From: an uncultured virus (IMG/VR IMGVR_UViG_3300031963_000096)
Lineage: Duplodnaviria; Heunggongvirae; Uroviricota; Caudoviricetes
Virus record (IMG/VR): IMGVR_UViG_3300031963_000096
Strand: one strand, 5' to 3'
DNA length: 64,000 bases
A program made the position numbers and the translations under genes. Positions within the stretch are counted from its first letter, which is position 1, and every line of letters begins with the position of its first letter. Positions 57,335 through 64,000 of the stretch are shown piece after piece. A model generated the notes under the pieces. The model saw nothing but the letters and a program-made list of their open reading frames with translations. It did no database searches and had not been told where the DNA came from.

Positions 57335-60300
57335 ATGACTATTCCTATCATAACAAGAACGAATACCATTGATGAATGGCGAATTCAAACAAATTTGTCA
57401 GCTATAGAATTAAATAATTTAAAAGCTAACAATTATACAAAATCAAATGGTACTTTAGAATTAGCTAACAACTCTGTACTTTTAATAAGTGCAAACGGTA
57501 CCGCACTCCAAGTTTCAAATAGTGCTTTTATCGGTAGAAATTTAGCAGTAACAAATAACGTTTCTGTTGGTGCAGTTGGTTCTGGTGTTGGTAATGTCTC
57601 TATAGGTAACTCTGTTTTGATTGCTGGACCCGGAGAAGCAGTTAACGTTTCAAATAGTGTTTATGTTGGTGGCAATAGCAATGTTAGAGGCAACGTGTAT
57701 GCGAACAATGCAGTTGTCAATAATTCTGTTTATGTTGGTGGCACCGCTAACGTTGCTGGTATTGTTACACTATCAGGAACAGGTAAAGTATTGGAAGCAA
57801 ATACTGGAACTGTATATGTTAATAATGCATATCTAACTACTGCAACACTAGATCAAGCAAACGTTGAATTGATCTATGCTCTTGAAGCTAAAATTGACAA
57901 CCTTTCTGATATTGCTTCTGCTGTAATTGGTATTTTGCGTGTAACAACAGGTAATATTTATTATCTAACATCGAACACTTTATATGCTAATACTGGAACG
58001 ATCAGAGATTTTGTTGCAAACAGCACAGGTAATGTAGTAACACTTATATCAAATGTTGCAACAATTAATACCGCAACTATTGGTAACTTAAACGCAACAA
58101 ATGGTACGATTATCAATGGTAATGTAGTAACACTTATATCAAACAATGCTACTTTAAATACATCTACTTTAGTTAATATAACAGTAACTAACGCTGCAAT
58201 TGCAAATGCCGTTATTTCTTCGGCTGCAATTACGACTGGTCAAATTACAAATGGTACAATTACAAATGGTACTATCATTAATGGTAATATAGTTACTTTA
58301 ATTTCAAATAGTGCAACACTTAATAATTCTACATTGTTAAGTTCAAATGTTGTTTCTGCAAATATTATAAATGCTAATGTTTCTGGTAATGTAAACTTTA
58401 CCAATGGATCAACATTAAGATTTAATTCTGGATCAGCAAATGATGCTCTTGTTGTAGATTCAGGTATAACCTCTTTACAGACTGTCGTTGTTGAAGGAAA
58501 CTTAACTGTTGCTGGAGTATTTACTCAAACAGGTAATATTAATTTTGAAACAGATAGATTCATTTTCAATGCAAATACACCTGACAATAAAGATGCGTTG
58601 ATTGTTAATAATAGAATTTACGGAAATAATGCACAGATTGTTTGGAACGAAACCAATGATCGATGGGAAGTTTCAACAGGTAATACTTGGACAACAACTT
58701 ATAAGATTTTAGATGGCGCAGACATTTATACAGGTGTTGATTCTGATAGTACAACACTTGTAGCTTCTGCGAGTGCTGTTAAATTTGCATATCAAGCTGG
58801 TGGTGTTGTAGCCGGTGGCTATGCTAATGCAGCTTATAGACATGCCAATTCTGCATTTGTAAGTCAAAATACAACAGGTGTTTATGCCAATACTGGATAT
58901 GCTCATGCAAATTCAGCACATGATGTGGCAAATTCTGCTTTTAGTGGAGTAAGTGGTACACATGCAAATGCGGCCTACAGACATGCAAATTCATCTTATG
59001 CACATGCAAATACGGCTAATGTATCTGCTCAAGCTGCCTTTGATGCGGCTAACAATGCTTTTGCAGCTGGTGGTCAATTTGCTTATAGACATGCTAATTC
59101 AGCACACGATATTGCAAACTCAGCTTTTGCTGGAACAACAGGTACTCATGCCAACTCAGCATATTTTACTGCAAATACCGCTTTAACAAATGCTGAAATT
59201 GCTGACCAAAAAGCTGTAGCAGCTAATACTAGAGCCGCTTTAGCTAACGTTCATGCAAATGCCGCATATAATTTTTCAAACACAATAAACAACTTTGCTT
59301 TTCATGCTTATACTCATGCTAATGCAGCGTTTGCTCGAGCAAATACAGGAATTACATCTACTGGAGGTACTATAACAGGTGATTTAACAGTTAATGGAAC
59401 ATTGAATGCTACTGGAGCTTCAATTTTTGCAAATGATATGAAAATTGCAGATGGAATTATAACACTTAATTCTGACATATTACAAACTGCATCACCAATT
59501 GAAAATGCTGGATTAGAAATAGATCGAGGCGCTTCACCTAATGTATTCTTTTTATGGGATGAAACTTCCGATAGGTGGAGATTTACAAATGATGGTACAA
59601 ATTATCAAGACGTTGCAGGTCAAACAACAATTAATTCATCTTTAGCCGCATATGTACCTTTAGCAGGTGGAACCATGACTGGTTTCTTGACTCTGAGTGC
59701 AAGTCCATCAAGTGCGATGCATGCTGCTACAAAAGCTTATGTTGATGCTACAATAGGATCAGCAGACCTAACAAATTTAAATGCTTCAAATTTAACAAGT
59801 GGTACTGTTCCAGTTGCTCGCTTGAGTGGATTATATAATATCAATGTTAATGGTAATGCTAACTATGCAACAACAGCTGGATCTGCCACAAGTGCAACGA
59901 CCGCTAGCACCGCTTCCAGTTTAAATGGTGGTAATATTCAAAACTGTACTGGTTTCGCACAAAGTAGTGGAGCATTTTCAATGACCGGAAGTTCTTTCGG
60001 TGTAAATCCCTATGCACAATTTTATGGAGGCATAAGATCTTTTGCTGATATAAATGCATCTGGAGCAAATATAACAGCAAGTACTTTTTATGGTAATTTA
60101 AGTGGAACAGCAACACGAGCTCTTTATGGTGACTTGGCAGAAAAGTATCTAGCTGACGGCGAATACGATGAAGGTACCGTAATGGCCATAGGCGGCGAAA
60201 AAGAAATAACAGCAGCAACAATTGCCAACTTTAGAGCTCTAGGTGTAGTATCATTGAGACCTGCACACTTAATGAATGCTGATTTGGAAAACGGAACAAT

Positions 60301-60478
60301 TGTTGCTTTAAAAGGTAGAGTTCCTGTAAAAGTTATAGGCAAAGTAATCAAAGGTCAACCTTTAGGATTAAGTAACATAGCAGGAGTAGCAAGTGTTAAT
60401 GAAATGAATTACTTTGCATTATCTCTGATAGATAAGAACGATGATGGTGAAGGTATAGTCGAAGCAGTTATTTTATAA
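57335..60478 (+). CDS. Tail fibre protein with G2-type intramolecular chaperone
   Basis: TIDEWR N-terminus, beta-rich and HANSA repeats, GLEIDRG..W.ET.DRW, C-terminal GDLAEKY...GRVPVKV. Confidence 0.75.
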   Translation: MTIPIITRTNTIDEWRIQTNLSAIELNNLKANNYTKSNGTLELANNSVLLISANGTALQVSNSAFIGRNLAVTNNVSVGAVGSGVGNVSIGNSVLIAGPGEAVNVSNSVYVGGNSNVRGNVYANNAVVNNSVYVGGTANVAGIVTLSGTGKVLEANTGTVYVNNAYLTTATLDQANVELIYALEAKIDNLSDIASAVIGILRVTTGNIYYLTSNTLYANTGTIRDFVANSTGNVVTLISNVATINTATIGNLNATNGTIINGNVVTLISNNATLNTSTLVNITVTNAAIANAVISSAAITTGQITNGTITNGTIINGNIVTLISNSATLNNSTLLSSNVVSANIINANVSGNVNFTNGSTLRFNSGSANDALVVDSGITSLQTVVVEGNLTVAGVFTQTGNINFETDRFIFNANTPDNKDALIVNNRIYGNNAQIVWNETNDRWEVSTGNTWTTTYKILDGADIYTGVDSDSTTLVASASAVKFAYQAGGVVAGGYANAAYRHANSAFVSQNTTGVYANTGYAHANSAHDVANSAFSGVSGTHANAAYRHANSSYAHANTANVSAQAAFDAANNAFAAGGQFAYRHANSAHDIANSAFAGTTGTHANSAYFTANTALTNAEIADQKAVAANTRAALANVHANAAYNFSNTINNFAFHAYTHANAAFARANTGITSTGGTITGDLTVNGTLNATGASIFANDMKIADGIITLNSDILQTASPIENAGLEIDRGASPNVFFLWDETSDRWRFTNDGTNYQDVAGQTTINSSLAAYVPLAGGTMTGFLTLSASPSSAMHAATKAYVDATIGSADLTNLNASNLTSGTVPVARLSGLYNINVNGNANYATTAGSATSATTASTASSLNGGNIQNCTGFAQSSGAFSMTGSSFGVNPYAQFYGGIRSFADINASGANITASTFYGNLSGTATRALYGDLAEKYLADGEYDEGTVMAIGGEKEITAATIANFRALGVVSLRPAHLMNADLENGTIVALKGRVPVKVIGKVIKGQPLGLSNIAGVASVNEMNYFALSLIDKNDDGEGIVEAVIL

Positions 60479-60497
60479 TCTAGGAAAAAAATAAATT

Positions 60498-61922
60498 ATG
60501 AATCAGCCTTTAAATTTTTATGCAAAAAAATCTATGAAAGGAAATCCTCATGTTTTTGATGATTACTTTCAATTGAGTGCTTTAACAATTACTGTAACGA
60601 GCGCATGTAATTTACATTGCGATTATTGTTTTGAAGAACATGAAAGTAGGTTAATAAAACCCGATGAAGTAGTTGACATTATTGATGTTGCATATAAGAA
60701 TTTTAGAAAAAATAATCCTACTGGTTCAATGCCATTATCTTTTTTTGGTGGTGAACCTTTTATCGCATGGAAAACTATTCAAAGATGTATTGAACACGCT
60801 AAAGAAAAAGGTTATGATCTTTCTGTTGGCATAACAACAAACTTAACTTTGTTGACTGATGAACAAATGGAGTTCATTGATGAGAATGATATTGGTTTGT
60901 TAGTTTCAATAGACGGCACCAAAGAAGTTCATGATAGATTACGTGATAATTCTTATGATGTTGTTTCTAAAAATGTCAAAAAACTAATAGACAATGGCAT
61001 GAAAAGGTTAATAGAAGCTCGGATGACAGTTCCGCCAGGTGAATTTCATAATCTTTTAGCTGGAGTTCAAAACATTTTTTCTTTAGGTGTTGATAACATT
61101 GCTCCTGTTCCTGTTACCGATCAAGTTTGGACTAAAGATCAAGTTAAATTATTAGAAAATGAACTTGATAAATTGTATGAATGGACAATTTCAATATACG
61201 AAGATCCAAACAATAAAAGAAACATTAGTGTGAAAATGATTGATGATTATTTGTTTCAATGCATACATGACGAATTTGATATGAAAGGTACACCTTGTAG
61301 TTTTGGAAGTAATAAATGGCTGAGTATAGGTCCTAGTGGTGAAATGTATCCATGTCACCAAATACATACACGAAAAGATCAACAAGAATTGTTTTACATG
61401 GGAAATATTTTAAAAGGTGAAATACTTCCACATAGAATTTTAGGTCAGGTTTTGCCACATTCATGGAAAAAAGCTGACGATCCAGAATATACATGCGACA
61501 CATGTGAGGCATATAATATTTGTAGAGGTTCTTGCCCAAGTGAAAACTATGATTTAAATAAAGATTATTTAAAAACTCCAGATGAATGGTGTGATTGGGT
61601 TAGAATGTCAAAACGAATCACGAAAAAATACCAGAATCAACTTTTAAATAGTAAAAATTTGAGAAATAAAAGATTAAATTCTATAAAACTAAATTTAGAG
61701 ATTATGGAAATGATTGATAGGGTGAGAGAATATAATGTATACTCCCGAGAATTTCCTCTTGTTGTTCTTGATTTATATGAAAAAGTTTTAAGTTGTGAAC
61801 ATAATTTGTTACCTGGTTTTTCTGACTTATCAAAAAATAAATTAGCAAAATTTAGAGAACAACTAACACAAATTAGAGATGAATTAATTAAAAAAGAATC
61901 AATGCAAAAGGAAACAGTTTAA
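60498..61922 (+). CDS. Radical SAM/SPASM domain maturase 1
   Basis: CNLHCDYC (CxxxCxxC), FFGGEP, TTN.TLL, VSIDG; SPASM CSFG...YPCHQ...CDTC....CRGSCP...C. Confidence 0.93.
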   Translation: MNQPLNFYAKKSMKGNPHVFDDYFQLSALTITVTSACNLHCDYCFEEHESRLIKPDEVVDIIDVAYKNFRKNNPTGSMPLSFFGGEPFIAWKTIQRCIEHAKEKGYDLSVGITTNLTLLTDEQMEFIDENDIGLLVSIDGTKEVHDRLRDNSYDVVSKNVKKLIDNGMKRLIEARMTVPPGEFHNLLAGVQNIFSLGVDNIAPVPVTDQVWTKDQVKLLENELDKLYEWTISIYEDPNNKRNISVKMIDDYLFQCIHDEFDMKGTPCSFGSNKWLSIGPSGEMYPCHQIHTRKDQQELFYMGNILKGEILPHRILGQVLPHSWKKADDPEYTCDTCEAYNICRGSCPSENYDLNKDYLKTPDEWCDWVRMSKRITKKYQNQLLNSKNLRNKRLNSIKLNLEIMEMIDRVREYNVYSREFPLVVLDLYEKVLSCEHNLLPGFSDLSKNKLAKFREQLTQIRDELIKKESMQKETV

Positions 61923-62521
61923 TGGGTACCTCTGTACATCAATCACAAAATACGATCATCGAAAACGATGATTATAATCCAAATACTGAAAATGATGCTT
62001 GGAATATTCGAAGAAGATATGTTGGATTAGCTGCCATTTGGAGTAATCCAAACGCTGGAGATACTGGTTGTGCTAGAACGCAAACATATAGTACGTCCAT
62101 AAGAGTTAGAAAATTTTCAGATGCTGGAAGACCTTATAGTGATGGTACTATTCTTGGTCTTACTGTAAGACAGCCTGTAGACAATCAAGAAATTTTAGCT
62201 ACAGATTTAGATAATGCAAGACGAATTATCAATGAAGGTGTTGCAGCTGTAAATCAATCTTTTTTAAATTCAACAACTGGATTTATTAATCCAGCTTCTG
62301 GGTATGCAAGTCGAGATCAAGAAATTTTAGCTTCACACATCAATAATTTAATTAATACTATTATAATCACAGAAACTAAGTTAGACATATACAATTCATA
62401 TTATGATGGAGCTGACTTATGTCAAAGAAGTTGCCAAATACAATGTCAGACAGCATGCCAAACAAGTTGTCAAGGATGTAATACTTCACAATGCCACAAT
62501 CAAAAATGTGGAGTGCATTGA
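61922..62521 (+). CDS. Putative radical-SAM substrate: 199-aa protein with C-terminal Cys-rich SCIFF-like tail
   Basis: C-terminus CQRSCQIQCQTACQTSCQGCNTSQCHNQKCGVH; coupled between two rSAM genes. Confidence 0.75.
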   Translation: MGTSVHQSQNTIIENDDYNPNTENDAWNIRRRYVGLAAIWSNPNAGDTGCARTQTYSTSIRVRKFSDAGRPYSDGTILGLTVRQPVDNQEILATDLDNARRIINEGVAAVNQSFLNSTTGFINPASGYASRDQEILASHINNLINTIIITETKLDIYNSYYDGADLCQRSCQIQCQTACQTSCQGCNTSQCHNQKCGVH

Positions 62522-62522
62522 T

Positions 62523-63848
62523 ATGTTTGATGTAATTTCCAAAGTAACATTAAAACTCAGCACATATTGTAATTTAGCTTGTGAGTATTGTCATCAAATG
62601 ACTGATGATAAAAAACATCATGTTACTTTTGAAAAATATAAAGAAATGTATGACTTTTTACTAAAGACAAATTTGTCTGATGTTGTTGAAGTAACTTTAA
62701 CTGGTGGAGAAATTTCCCTTTTAGAAGAAGAATATGAAACAGCTGTAAAATGGTTCAGAAAGATTGAAAGACAGAGAGATGTAAAGTTTACTTTTGCTGT
62801 TGTTTCAAATGGTACAAATATAAAACAATTATTTAAATTAATAAAACAAGGTGATTTAAATCCTAAAAGAACAACAATTAGTTGGGATGGATTATACACC
62901 ATGTCAAAGAGTCGTAAAAGTAAATTTGAAAAATTCAATGATGATTTCTTTAAAAATGTTGTTACTGAAATTGGCCAAAGTCCATGGGCAAAGCAATTAA
63001 ACATTACACATGCAATAACACCTACTACCATCCCTTATTTACACGATAGTTTAGTTTTTGCTTTAGATGCTGGTGTAAAAAATTTTGGTTTTTATTATAT
63101 ACATGAAGCCGATTATAGCGACAAAGAATTTTTAAAAATTTATGATGAACAAGTTACAAAATTAGGTGAAGAATTTGTAAAACGATATGAAGATTTGTCA
63201 ACAAGATTTGTTTATTATAATTGGCAATTATTATATGCTAAAGAAAATTTGCCAACAGATAACAAAGAATTAATGAGAGCCACAACTCTTTGTCACAAAT
63301 TAGGAAGAACGGTGCATTTTGACCCATTAGGTGACATTTATGGTTGTATTTATTTTGGAGACCATAGAGCTCTAAAACTAGGTGATTTGGAAAATGGTAA
63401 TATAGATAAAACGAAATATCAAAAATTTAGTGATCAATACTTCGAAATGCCAGGTTGCAAATTAGATAGTTGTGGCAATTCACATTGTTTTGAATGTCCA
63501 GCAAGTAACTATGTACATAAAGGAAAAATGGCGAATAGATTTAGTAACACATGCGAAATGTTATCTATTGAAAAAAGAATTTACTATGATTTAAAACCTA
63601 AACTTAAAATAGATGAATTTGATAAAGCTTTTTATTGGATGGAAGAAGATCATTTAGAACAAAAAAACTATGATGATAAGTATGAAACATATTTAAATGA
63701 TATAGTAGGTATACCTTTAACTGAGGAAGCTTATGTTGAAGATGATGAGTACTCAAATAGATTAAGTCCAACGTATAAAAATGTTGTTACTTGGATGAAA
63801 AAAACTCCTAAGAAAAAAGAATTTACTCTAAATTTAGAAACCATATGA
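62523..63848 (+). CDS. Radical SAM/SPASM domain maturase 2
   Basis: CNLACEYC, LTGGE, SNGT, ISWDG; CHKLG...GCIY...C....C....C..CP...C; true start ATG 62523. Confidence 0.9.
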   Translation: MFDVISKVTLKLSTYCNLACEYCHQMTDDKKHHVTFEKYKEMYDFLLKTNLSDVVEVTLTGGEISLLEEEYETAVKWFRKIERQRDVKFTFAVVSNGTNIKQLFKLIKQGDLNPKRTTISWDGLYTMSKSRKSKFEKFNDDFFKNVVTEIGQSPWAKQLNITHAITPTTIPYLHDSLVFALDAGVKNFGFYYIHEADYSDKEFLKIYDEQVTKLGEEFVKRYEDLSTRFVYYNWQLLYAKENLPTDNKELMRATTLCHKLGRTVHFDPLGDIYGCIYFGDHRALKLGDLENGNIDKTKYQKFSDQYFEMPGCKLDSCGNSHCFECPASNYVHKGKMANRFSNTCEMLSIEKRIYYDLKPKLKIDEFDKAFYWMEEDHLEQKNYDDKYETYLNDIVGIPLTEEAYVEDDEYSNRLSPTYKNVVTWMKKTPKKKEFTLNLETI

Positions 63849-64000
63849 AAAAGAAGTTTTCAAAAATAGGTTCTAATATCAATCATGTTTATCTTATGAT
63901 GACAGAGGCTTGTCCTTTAGATTGTGAATACTGTTACATAAAAGATAGAAAAACAAAAAACAATGTAAGTGATGAAGATATTGATACTTTAATAAATGCT
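63845..64000 (+). CDS. Radical SAM enzyme 3, N-terminal fragment (truncated by window end; not in ORF track)
   Basis: ATGA overlap; MKKKFSKIGSNINHVYLMMTEACPLDCEYCYIK has CxxxCxxC. Confidence 0.85.
   Translation, partial: MKKKFSKIGSNINHVYLMMTEACPLDCEYCYIKDRKTKNNVSDEDIDTLINA

Noticed and set aside
62403..62522. N-terminal 40 aa of the 481-aa ORF as given in the track
   Set aside because: It overlaps the Cys-rich tail of the upstream gene; ATG 62523 just after that stop gives a normal rSAM N-terminus.
1..64000. Stop-codon reassignment (alternative genetic code)
   Set aside because: Core genes are full length in the standard code, TAG and TGA terminate real genes, and no suppressor tRNA is seen.

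Overview
A 64 kb AT-rich segment of a large T4-like (myovirus) phage genome, read in the standard genetic code. From left to right it holds: (1) about 1-28 kb of accessory/early genes, mostly small hypothetical ORFs under sigma70-type promoters. This part includes 5 intact tRNAs plus a tRNA remnant flanking an HNH nuclease, glycosylation enzymes, RNase H, a ClpP-like protease, a histone-H1-like protein, a heme oxygenase, a circularly permuted (two-piece) tmRNA and unexplained structured RNAs. (2) T4 core replication/transcription genes (dsbA, 33, 59, 32). (3) A minus-strand block encoding a tape-measure/lysozyme protein and genes 51, 26, 54, 2 and 4. (4) The baseplate and tail-fibre block (48, 53, 27-like, split 5, fibre, gp38-like adhesin, 25, 6, 7, 8, a 2065-aa structural protein and a second fibre). 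(5) At the right edge, a coupled operon of at least three radical SAM enzymes around a 199-aa protein ending in a SCIFF/ranthipeptide-like CxxxC tail; this is the best candidate for an undescribed system. Other strong leads are an apparent -1 frameshift joining gene 26 to gene 51, an HNH gene whose stop codon is the tRNA-Leu anticodon, an ArfA-like peptide and a conserved operator upstream of the early promoters. The tmRNA tag (ANDERFALAA) suggests a betaproteobacterial host (inference). All family calls come from motif recognition by eye; no searches were run.
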